From: Octopus sinensis
Taxonomy: Eukaryota
NCBI RefSeq assembly: GCF_006345805.1
Contig: NW_021829943.1
Location: 1-34,800 of the forward strand
Length of the DNA stretch: 34,800 nt
Reading direction: 5' to 3'
The position numbers were made by a program, and so were the translations under genes. Of the stretch, positions 1 to 9,632 are shown piece after piece (position 1 is the first letter of the stretch; every line of letters starts with the position of its first letter). The notes under the pieces were generated by a model. The model saw nothing but the letters and a program-made list of their open reading frames with translations, did not search any database and was not told the origin of the DNA.

Positions 1-59
1 TCTTAATACTATGGAGGAAGAAATGTCTCACAATGGGGATTATCTCCTTTGGCCATTGG

Positions 60-420
60 CTATCGACTTCCAGCTGCACTGCCATCTTTTGGGCTCCAAA
101 AGGCTAGCAAGAATTTCCTGAAGTGTAAACATGGCCCGAGAAGCTCTGTACTGGAGTTAAGGATGTACCCTGGTTTGAGGGAGTCCTTTAGGATTTTCTC
201 CCATTCTGCTATGCATAATTTACATCGTTGTGTGCCGTTGATGTAAGGGCCTGGGTTTTCGAGAATTTTCCATGAAATCAAGTATGGAATATCATTGTAT
301 CTCAGCTGCCATACTTGGCTGGCTAATGATGTCGCGTATCTCCTTCTCTGAAGAAAGTTCTTGGTTGGAGAGATATCGCTTGAAAGGGGTTCCCGGAACG
401 TCCGATGTTTCCCCGTGGGC
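60..420 (-). mobile_element. Penelope-like element, C-terminal GIY-YIG endonuclease remnant (frameshifted)
   Basis: Joined minus-strand frames read GETSDVPGTPFKR...YATSLASQVWQLRYNDIPYLISWKILENPGPYINGTQRCKLCIAEWEKIL...LNSSTELLGPCLHFRKFLL*. This matches the typical invertebrate PLE C-terminus pattern (T.LS..VW.L......I.W.IL....Y......C.LC..E...I....LN...EL...C.H..KF). Confidence 0.7.
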
Positions 421-626
421 AGGTTCTGTCGGCGATGTGTCTATATCTGCCGTCATCGTTGGTGTTGGGGCTGGGTTGCTGGTTTTGGCGTTGTCGGAGG
501 TGGTGATTGTGGTGGCGGCAGTAATGGTGTCGCCACTGTCGAGGATGGTGAAGATGCTGTTGTTGTTATTGTAGCCCTTATCATTGGTGGGAGAGAAGTC
601 ATTAACGATGGCTACGCTGCTGCTGC

Positions 627-1075
627 TTACATATACACACACACACATAGATACACACATACATACACACATACATACCAACATATATACATGCATACAT
701 ACACACACATACATAAATACATACACACGCACACACATGCATACATACATATACACTCATGCATACATACATACACACATGCATACATGCATACACATGC
801 ATACATACACACACAAATGTATGCGTACACATACACACATGCATACATACACGCATGCGTAAATACACGCATGCATACATACATACACACACATACACGC
901 ATGCATACATACACGCATGCGTAAATACACGCATGCATACATACATACACACACATACACACATGCTTATATACATACACACACATGCATACATACATAC
1001 ACACACATACACACATGCATACATACATACACACACATACACACATGCATACATACACACACATGTATACATGCA
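627..1075. repeat. Compound (CA)n/(TA)n/CATA microsatellite
   Basis: Direct sequence; it generates the H/T/Y/M/C/V-rich spurious ORFs. Confidence 0.95.
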
Positions 1076-1518
1076 CAAGTGAGATAAAATCATTGAGAGA
1101 AAGTTTACAGATTCTTGCTGCCATAACAAGCAACAAAATCTTTCGTCCTGTCTTAGAGCTGAAACAGAATCTTCTTTGGAGGAAATTTGTTTCATCCCTC
1201 CATAATCAATACTAACAGAGGATGCTGCATCACACTGGGTCAATCTTAAGAATGTTTGCCTTTCAAAGATTATCTCCAAATCAAAAAATATTTTGTTTTG
1301 ACAGCAAATCTCAGAAAACGTTTTTATGCTTCAATAATGCATAACGAATTGGATACATGGATAAAAATAAGAAGTTGTTGTTGGTTACTGTTGTCATGTT
1401 GTCATCCTGTTGTTCCACTGCTACTACTATGGCATCTTTGGATATTTAACCTGTCTGAAATTGGAAGAAATCGAGAAACAAAAACAGATCTGGAGATTTT
1501 AGGTAATTCTGAACTTAC

Positions 1519-1670
1519 CCAAACACAGCATGATAAAAAGCTGTCCGACCCCTTGTGTCTCTCTTGTCCAAATCTGCTCCAGCATCTATTAACAAGTTTA
1601 TTAAAACTATGTTGCCCTCTGCAGAAGCAGCCATCAGATAAGTTTTACCGTTTGAATCTCTTAGGTTAAT
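1519..1670 (-). CDS. Internal exon of an ankyrin-repeat protein gene (gene B)
   Basis: Acceptor tttactttcttcacttcAG|ATT and donor TTTGG|GTAAGT. The 152-nt exon (phase 0 to phase 2) encodes INLRDSNGKTYLMAASAEGNIVLINLLIDAGADLDKRDTRGRTAFYHAVFG, about 1.5 ankyrin repeats. Confidence 0.9.
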
Positions 1671-1709
1671 CTGAAGTGAAGAAAGTAAAGGCTTTTGAAA
1701 TATATCAAA

Positions 1710-1810
1710 GGAGAGAGAGAGGGAGGGGGAGCGAGAGAGAGATAGAGAGGAGAGAGAGCGAGAGAGAGAGAGAGGGGACAGAGAGAGTGAGAGAGAGAGG
1801 GAAGAGAGAG
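1710..1810. repeat. (GA)n microsatellite
   Basis: Direct sequence. Confidence 0.9.
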
Positions 1811-2189
1811 TCCTTGTAAAATTTTCCATTCCACAGCCTATTCCCATGGGTTGTACTACCCTCTTTGGGAAGCCCTGATCTATATTCTTCCTCACAGTAT
1901 CCCATCTGCTGACTATTAATTTTTCAGATTTCAAGTAAAAAGTCATAAACAACCATCATCTTTGTTCCTTAAAAGTGAAAACAGAGGGAGAATAACTTTC
2001 TCTGTATATTCAATTGACACCAGTACAGTTGTATAAAGCTAGATCAAGCTGGGGTTTGATTCCTACGTGACTCACCAGTATTTTCAAATGTTTGACAACT
2101 TCTGTAAAAGAAATCGTGTCGGCCCTATCACCAAGAAACCCTTGTTTGTGGCAAGAGAACTTCTTGACACCGTAATCACTCATCTAATG

Positions 2190-2318
2190 ACCCGATCTAC
2201 CTCTTGGACTGAGTATTTCCTGCCAGAATACTCCCTTGCAGTGTGTGATGATGGGCTTCTCTCTCCCTCACATTCCATCAACTCTGGCATGCTTCAAGGT
2301 TTGGTTCAGGATTTATAA
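2190..2318 (+). mobile_element. Degenerate LINE reverse-transcriptase fragment (CR1/L2/Jockey-like)
   Basis: WTEYFLPEYSLAVCDDGLLSPSHSINSGMLQGLV resembles the RT segment W..SFL..R...V..DG..S....INSGVPQGSV. Confidence 0.5.
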
Positions 2319-2468
2319 AAACTACCAACGATGCAAAATAGTAGAAAGACGTGAAGAAAGATATGAAATATGGACAAATACATGTGGTTCGTTAGGAAGA
2401 TTTCAAATTGTGTATCAAATAATAAACAAATAACCAACTTTGAGAAGGCAATACAATGAACAACTTAC

Positions 2469-2553
2469 TCTGTCTGAACGGCTTTCTATCATGCTTTTCG
2501 CACCTTCGATGTCCCCAGATTCAATTTTCTCCTTGATTTTTTAATGTCCATGT
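2469..2553 (-). CDS. Upstream coding exon of gene B, with an apparent 1-nt frameshift in an A-run
   Basis: Acceptor ttttattcaaaAG|AC and donor AGA|GTAAGT. The exon is 85 nt. Adding one A to the A6 run at 2537-2542 gives (D)MDIKKIKEKIESGDIEGAKSMIESRSDR, which splices in phase 0 to the ankyrin exon. Homologous to 31301-31380. Confidence 0.75.
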
Positions 2554-3249
2554 CTTTTGAATAAAAAATGCAAACGAAAGAAAGTAAAAGTTTTTAAAAA
2601 CTTATAAAATGAAGTAAATAACAATATACTCGAGTTGATGGTTCTAAAATCTTGCATAAGACAACATAAATATTGGAAAGGTCAGGCTAACTAAAGTATT
2701 ATTTAGAGCTGAATGTTCTTCTTGACACTAATAAACCTACAACAGTCATTGTGTTGTGTCTCTAGGTTAGCTACATTCCTCTGCTTATTACAGTCCGAGT
2801 GGTTACAATTAAACCCTGAATATTGGAATGTACAGTCCGGTGATCAGCTGAGGGGACAGACTTCACATAAACTAGAAATTGACGCTACGAAGAAAGGTAA
2901 ATTTCGGAAAAATAATTAAATTATCCACAGAAAATAATGTTTGTCTAATAAATCCTCTTGTATGAATTTTTGATTTGATCTCATCTATTTCAATACTATT
3001 TCGATTGACACTATCAACATGTGACTTTAGAAATCTTATTTTATGACTATTTGTTAATTTGATAACTACTCAACAAATTTCCCTCATATTTATATATGAT
3101 TGGACAAATGAAAGAACGGGCACTCAACACTTTTCTTGGAAATTACATTTATTATTCAAATATAAGTTTGATTCGGATTTATGTAGTACAGAATCCGAAT
3201 GAAGCTGATTTGAATAATATATATATTATTCAAATTGTTTCGATCAATA

Positions 3250-3356
3250 CACACACACATATGTATGTGTGTGTGTACACATACATGTACACACACATAT
3301 ACATGCATAAATTAATGAAAATAGACACGCACTTTATCTATCTATCTATCTATCTA

Positions 3357-3410
<54 letters not shown>

Positions 3411-3468
3411 CACACACACACACACCACACACACACACACACAATATATATATTATATATATATATAT
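3250..3468. repeat. Compound (CA)/(TCTA)/(TA) microsatellite
   Basis: Direct sequence. Confidence 0.9.
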
Positions 3469-3570
3469 GTAGGAAGGGCATCCAGCTGTAGAAACTTTGC
3501 CAGATCAGATTGGAGCCTGGTGAAGCCTTCTGACTCGCCAGTCCTCAGTCAAACTGTCCAACCCATGCAA
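3469..3570 (+). mobile_element. Fragment of an RTE-type 3' tail (SINE or LINE)
   Basis: aggaagggcatccagctgtagaaac...tgtccaacccatgc matches the RTE 3' UTR at 28628-28730. Confidence 0.75.
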
Positions 3571-4057
3571 ACATACATACATAATATGTATGTATGTATT
3601 TGTGAATATATATTACATGGGTTTCAGTTCATTTCTACTGTATGACACCTTGGGCAAGTACCTTCTTTTATAATCCCATGGTTAATCAATGCTTCTGAGT
3701 GGATTAAGTAGACATAAGTAGAGAGAAGCCCTTCGTACACTGCTGCAAAATAAACTACGGACCAGTGCAAAAACTGCTGAAATGAACTCCTTGCAGATCG
3801 ATGTTTGACTATTTTTCATCACAGATTCTAAACTGGCAAACAACAAAAGAAAACACGAAAACCTAAAGAAATGTTTATCATTTAGTGCTGAAAATATGCA
3901 TTGTATGAAAACGAACAATATTTTGTCTGCTCAAAAATTTAAGGCCATGAAAAATAAAACAATTAAATCTTGTATAAACTATAAAAATTCTGGCATTTAT
4001 GTTCAAGCTTTCACTGTGTCAGCAATTGCTAGTTACGCCCTGTATTTCACACCAACA

Positions 4058-4235
4058 ATGGGCAAAGCTAAAATATCGACAGATTTTGAACATGGTAGAA
4101 TTGCAGAGGTCCAGAAGTAAGGTCTTTCACAACAAGCTATCAGCAAAACCGAAATCCTTAAAAGACCCTCAAGCATATGGATTGAAAAAAATCGACCTGT
4201 TGGCCAAAGAAAGTTTCACCAGCGTTGATTACAAG
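4058..4235 (+). mobile_element. Tc1/mariner (Tc3-like) transposase N-terminal HTH remnant
   Basis: MGKAKISTDFEHGRIAEVQK*GLSQQAISK, then after a frameshift LKDPQAYGLKK. Resembles the Tc3-type paired-like HTH (L...ERG.I......G.S...IA......LKDP..YG.KK); contains a stop and frameshifts. Confidence 0.6.
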
Positions 4236-4339
4236 GATTGAACGGGAAGTCAGGAATGACACCAGCCGGTCGTCAAACCAGATAAAGGTAATTACGTATG
4301 CAGAATGTACCCTAAGGACGATACGATGGCATTTGAGAT

Positions 4340-4740
4340 AGACACATAGGAACAGCCCTGCGCAGTGTTCAACTCACTGCTTACACCACACACCATTATG
4401 CACACACCCACACACACTCAATGCACTAACACACACACATGTGCACATACATGCTTGCACACCTTACTTCAAAAGGGTCACCGTTAATAACACTTTTTCA
4501 CTAAGCCCCTTTCTTCTGGTCATTTCATTATGTTGAACTGTTATTCGGTACACATTTTCTCTCCTTTTCTTTTCGTTCTTTCCCCATATTTTCCTCTCAA
4601 TCTATTCTCTCGAAGACTGTAGGCTTGAATCATCAAAGACTTTCCCATTTTTTTCCCAAGCACCAAACTAATTCACCTGCCTGTTGTGCCTTCACCTGTC
4701 TTCGTCTTTTGTTTTCTGTACATTGAAGTGTGTGTGTGTG
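4340..4740 (+). mobile_element. Interspersed non-coding repeat, possibly Penelope-associated; unfilled homolog of the foldback target site
   Basis: Aligns with the reverse complement of 22200-22322 joined to 24089-24680 (e.g. ttgtgccttcacctgtcttcgtcttttgtt; cagtgttcaactcactgc). Confidence 0.65.
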
Positions 4741-4761
4741 TGTGTTTGTCCTCACTTCATC

Positions 4762-4939
4762 ACTTGCCAATCACTGTTAGTGTGTTTACGTCCCCATAAC
4801 CTAGTGGTTCGGCAAAAGACCTGATAGAATAAGTACCAGACTTTCAAAGAATAAGTCCTGGGGTTGATTTCTTTTACTAAAAGGCGGTGCTCCAGCATGG
4901 CTTCAGTCGAATGGCTGAAACAAGTAAAAGAATAAAAGA

Positions 4940-4942
<3 letters not shown>
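4762..4942 (+). mobile_element. tRNA-SINE family A, 3' part
   Basis: gtgtttacgtcccc...ggttcggcaaaag...aaggcggtgctccagcatggc...gaaacaagtaaaaga matches the copies at 8244 and 17935. Confidence 0.8.
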
Positions 4943-5006
<64 letters not shown>

Positions 5007-5009
5007 CAA

Positions 5010-5080
5010 CGGGTTTCTTTCAGTTTCTATCTTCCAAATCCACTCACAAGGCTTTGGTCGGCCCGGGGCTATAGTAGAAC
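5010..5080 (-). mobile_element. tRNA-SINE family A, partial 5' body
   Basis: tttcagtttctatcttccaaatccactcacaaggctttggtcggcccggggctatag matches other copies. Confidence 0.7.
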
Positions 5081-5386
5081 AAACATACAGGAAGGAAGGA
5101 AGAAGACGAGAAACAGTTGAAACAAAACAGCAAATTCTTCTGGCTGTCCTATTACTCCTGGCCAACTTGGTAATCCCCCTGGCAAGGGCACAAAACAGTC
5201 ACAAAAATGAAGCACAGTTTTAGGAGGGATACGCCCCACCAAACACACTTCCCACCGTTAAGTGAGACTTCACACACACATGCAGAGAATTTGCCAGGAA
5301 CTCTGTGGAGATTTCTTGTTCGACGAATATAAATAAACACGCGCAACAAACCCCCACTAAACCCCCCCCCCAAAAAAAAACAAATG

Positions 5387-5505
5387 TCTTACCTGGTAGC
5401 TGTGCTTCAATAATTCACGACGTTGGTATACAAAGGCGTCACAAGAAGAACCCGTCCACACAGTAATGAGGGAAGTAAGCTTCTTCCCACACAGGGTGAG
5501 TCATT
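5387..5505 (-). promoter_or_regulatory. Possible non-coding alternative 5' exon or promoter of gene B
   Basis: Strong minus-strand donor CAG|GTAAGA (exon end 5393) in non-repeat sequence. TGAGTCA (AP-1 consensus) at 5497-5503 and GGAAGT at 5471. Donor-like signals also occur on the plus strand, so this is ambiguous. Confidence 0.3.
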
Positions 5506-5667
5506 ATTAACACACACACGGGTTCAGTTCCACCCCTTTATTATTAGTCAATATTAAATTCATGTTTTCAAAATATATTCTTTCCCAAGATTAACAAGTT
5601 TTCACATATTTCGTCGATGTACGAAATGTAAACAACGTCAATGCACGAACACACACATACCAGTATA

Positions 5668-6013
5668 TATTTGTTTATTACCCACAGGGGGCTAAACATA
5701 GAGGGGACAAACAAGGACAGAGAAACGGGTGAAAGGATGAAAGGCAAAGTCGACCTCGGCGGATTTGAATTCAGAATGTACCGGCAGACGAAATACCTAT
5801 TTCTTTATTACCCACAGAGGGGACAAACAAGGACAGACCAAGGGATTAAGTCGATTACATCGACCCCAGTGTGTAACTGGTACTTAATTAATCGAACCCG
5901 AAAAGATGAAAGGCAAAGTCGACCTCGGCGGAATTTGAACTCAGAACGTAACGGCGAACGAAATGCCGCTAAGCATTTCGCCCAGCGTGCTAACGTTTCT
6001 GTCAGCTCGCCGC
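5668..6013 (-). mobile_element. tRNA-SINE family B (with partial internal duplication)
   Basis: Reverse complement begins ggcggcgagctgacagaaacgttagc...gttctgagttcaaattccgccgaggtcgactttgcctttcatc (A/B-box-like head) and matches 11518-11750. Confidence 0.85.
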
Positions 6014-6532
6014 CTATATACACACACACACACACACAAGTATATGCACGCACATCCATAGGTGTACGTAAATATGTTTGCGTATCTATGAGTGTACACA
6101 CATAGACCCACATAAAGATAAATATAATTGAAAATTTGCTGGACCGATTTTTATGAAGTTTGGTAAATGAATGAAATAAGAAGACGTCATTGAATTTCGA
6201 AACAACAAAAATGAATTACATGTGACGGGATTTATTGTGGATTTTTTAGATATTTTACTTCAGAACATTCAGTGTGATGCGTAGAAGACAACATAATATT
6301 TTTCAATAATCTGAAGTCCGACGCTCCAGAAGTGGGAGGGCCATGGAAAGAGGCAGGACAGGCACCAATGCCAAAGAAATGCCGTGGTGACACGACAGTA
6401 ACGAGAAATAAAACTCCGGTTTCAAACGACGAGGCAAGTCCACCTGTTGTCACACGAAACACCAGAGGAGAAACGAGAGGGGTTGGAGTCTCAAGCCATT
6501 AGAAAAGATATACATACATAATACATAATACA

Positions 6533-6728
6533 GGTACTACTTAAGAAGAGTGGTCCCCGTGCGCGTACTTGCGCACTCGCGCATCCACGCTAGCTAGTCG
6601 TAACTAGTCGATCCTACAACGACTACCTAGCAAAGTAAATAAAACACAAAGTAAGGATCGACTAGTCACGACTAGCTAGCGCGGATGCGCGAGTGCACGC
6701 ACCGGGACCACTCTTCTTAAGTAGTACC
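6533..6728. mobile_element. Hairpin MITE (about 200 bp, long TIRs)
   Basis: GGTACTACTTAAGAAGAGTGGTCC...GGACCACTCTTCTTAAGTAGTACC with near-perfect inverted arms. Related copies at 15691 and 21569. Confidence 0.85.
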
Positions 6729-6796
6729 TACATACATACATACATTAATTGATAAATTAATTCTATCTTAACTTATAAGAGTCGAAAAATCTTTAC

Positions 6797-7425
6797 TTTA
6801 CCGCAAGGCAAAATATTTTCAGCAGTGGAAGTCTTTAATAATCCGTTCCCGTCTTTAATAATCCGTTCCAGTCTTTAATAATCCGTTCCAGTCTTTAATA
6901 ATCCGTTCCCGTCTTTAATAATCCGTTCCCGTCTTTAATAATCCGTTCCAGTCTTTAATAATCCGTTCCAGTCTTTAATAATCCGTTCCCGTCTTTAATA
7001 ATCCGTTCCCGTCTTTAATAATCCGTTCCAGTCTTTAATAATCCGTTCCAGTCTTTAATAATCCGTTCCCGTCTTTAATAATCCGTTCCAGTCTTTAATA
7101 ATCCGTTCCAGTCTTTAATAATCCGTTCCAGTCTTTAATAATCCGTTCCAGTCTTTAATAATCCGTTCCCGTCTTTAATAATCCGTTCCAGTCTTTAATA
7201 ATCCGTTCCCGTCTTTAATAATCCGTTCCCGTCTTTAATAATCCGTTCCAGTCTTTAATAATCCGTTCCAGTCTTTAATAATCCGTTCCAGTCTTTAATA
7301 ATCCGTTCCCGTCTTTAATAATCCGTTCCCGTCTTTAATAATCCGTTCCAGTCTTTAATAATCCGTTCCAGTCTTTAATAATCCGTTCCAGTCTGTTCTG
7401 GTTCGCGAGAATGAATAAATTGTAT
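6797..7425 (-). other. Putative 5' exon of gene B containing the minisatellite
   Basis: Donor TAAA|GTAAAGATTTTTC is homologous to CAAG|GTACAGATTTTTC at 17099. Both flanks align to the 17050-17600 block. Coding status is unclear. Confidence 0.45.
6831..7390. repeat. Minisatellite, 28 x 20 bp GTCTTTAATAATCCGTTCC(A/C)
   Basis: 28 contiguous units with only the last base variable (17 A, 11 C) and no spacers. Confidence 0.98.
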
Positions 7426-7830
7426 TCAATTACATAATTAAATATAGTGTAACTTTAGCAGGAGATACGTTATGGCAGTCATTGCTTTTTTTCTTCTTCT
7501 TTATCTGTTTATTCTTTGTATCTCCTTTCATTATTCTCTCTCTCAATATTCTGCCACTCCTTCATTTACGCGAATTTCTCATATGTGTTTATCGATTTTA
7601 AGCTGAATGGTGTTTGTACTATTTACCCGCTCAAAGTCTAATTCAGTTCATTTGGTGTGACCTAAATTTTTCATAGTTGTTTGAAAAACTATGAGAGAGA
7701 AAGAGAGAGGCCCACGTATGTCGATTAAACCCATTGAAATCTCTTTGTATCTTGTGAGTAATAAAAGCATTTCACCGTTTATTGTTAAATGTGTGTTGTC
7801 TGTTTTAATGGCCAACGCCAATGTAGTAAC

Positions 7831-7871
<41 letters not shown>

Positions 7872-8034
7872 TATATGTATGTATGTATATTGGCAGGGCT
7901 GGCCTGCTAGGTAGCCGGCCAGAATGCTAGAAGAAGACCATCAACGATCAAACTACAAGGGTTTTTTGAATGCTGGACTACTGGTTTTAAATTGATATTA
8001 AAATTAATATTAATTTATCTCCCTCAATTTTTAA

Positions 8035-8077
<43 letters not shown>

Positions 8078-8092
8078 CCTGTGTGTGTGTAA

Positions 8093-8133
<41 letters not shown>

Positions 8134-8243
8134 ACGGGCTCATATATTTATATGTATATACATATAAATATAAATATATATATATATGACGGGCTTCTTA
8201 TGTATATGTGTACACACACATACGCACACACACATATATACTA

Positions 8244-8643
8244 TTTTACTCTTTTACTTGTTTCAGTCATTTGACTGCGGCCATGCTGGAGCACCGCCTT
8301 TAGTCGAGCAAATCGACCCCGGGACTTATTCTTTGTAAGCCCAGTACTTATTCTATCGGTCTCTTTTGCCGAACCGCTAAGTGACGGGGACGTAAACACA
8401 CCAGCATCTGTTGTCAAGCAATGCTAGGGGGACAAACACAGACACACAAACACATACGCACACATATATATAAATACATATATACGACAGGCTTCTTTCA
8501 GTTTCTGTCTACCAAATCCACTCAGAAGGCATTGGTCGGCCCGGGGCTATAGCAGTAGACAGTTGCCAAAGATGCCACGCAGTGGGACTGAACCCGGGAC
8601 CAAGTGGTTGGTTAGCAGGCTACTTACCAAACAGCCACTCCTA
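8244..8643 (-). mobile_element. tRNA-SINE family A, near full length
   Basis: Reverse-complement head aggagtggctgtttggtaagtagc...cccgggttcagtcccactgcgtggca (A and B boxes), internal TA/CA tract, tail ...gactgaaacaagtaaaagagta. Confidence 0.9.
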
Positions 8644-8644
8644 T

Positions 8645-8668
8645 AAATATATATATTAATATATATAT

Positions 8669-8715
<47 letters not shown>

Positions 8716-8717
8716 TA

Positions 8718-8771
<54 letters not shown>

Positions 8772-8788
8772 ATATATATAATATATAC
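8645..8788. repeat. (TA)n microsatellite
   Basis: Direct sequence. Confidence 0.95.
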
Positions 8789-9375
8789 ATCCTCTTCCAG
8801 GTCAGGCATCATCTCATTTCTTCCTGAATGAGAGAAAGGGGCCAACGGAAAGATAAAGTTGGAGAAAAGGAAGCATCAACCCCAGAACTGGATCTTGAAA
8901 CCCTGAAACGAAGGAAGAAGATGTTGATGGGATTTGAACTGAGAAATCAGAGAGTTGGAAGGATTAGCACAAGGTAACTTATCGAACATTCTAAGGCTCT
9001 GCATATCCCCCACACACACACGTATTTGTCTGTCTGTCTGTCGGTATTAACTTGCTATACATTAATCTTTCATAAATATTTTCTGTCGTTAATTAGTTTG
9101 AAATTATATCATTAAATTCCCATTAATTTGGGGTTTGTATTTTGTTGACAAAGTTAGTGTGAATTAGGTCAAAAGGCTTCATGTTGTTATTGCTGTCGGT
9201 GGCGCCGGTGCACACTGTTTCAATTTCTATGTGCCGCTATGTGTGACTGTGCATGCGTGTATATAATACTTTAGGAGTGTGTGTGCGCATGTGCTTGTGG
9301 GTGATGTACGACTGTCTTTGTGCGTATACGTATATATACATATAAACACATATATACATGTCCATACATATATGG

Positions 9376-9422
<47 letters not shown>

Positions 9423-9462
9423 TAAATTCAGCTTTGTGGTCCTTAAGGGTAATAAAGGTTAG

Positions 9463-9502
<40 letters not shown>

Positions 9503-9506
<4 letters not shown>

Positions 9507-9632
9507 TCCACTCTCAAGGCTTTGGTTGGTCCGAGGCTTTAGTAGAAGACTCTTACCCAAGGTGCCACGCAGTGGGACTGAACCCAGAACCATGTGGTTG
9601 GTAAGCAGGCTACTTACCATACGGCCACTACG
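9503..9632 (-). mobile_element. tRNA-SINE family A, head fragment
   Basis: cccaaggtgccacgcagtgggactgaacccagaaccatgtggttggtaagcaggctacttacc. Confidence 0.85.

Noticed and set aside
292-1279. Overlapping long ORFs rich in H/T/Y/M/C/V
   Set aside because: Translations of CA/TA microsatellites.
1080-1456. Next ankyrin exon after 1519 (acceptor tttcag at about 1457)
   Set aside because: The phase-2 frame hits a stop after 9 codons and no ankyrin motif is found; the next exon probably lies outside the window.
2930-3020. Extra coding exon (VDSVNRNSIEIDEIKSKIHT, paralog VDSVCRNISKVDEIKSKINT at about 30850-30940)
   Set aside because: Open and indel-free in both paralogs, but no convincing splice donor or acceptor; treated as conserved intron.
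6831-7390. CRISPR-like array
   Set aside because: Repeats are contiguous with no unique spacers, there are no cas genes, and the context is eukaryotic.
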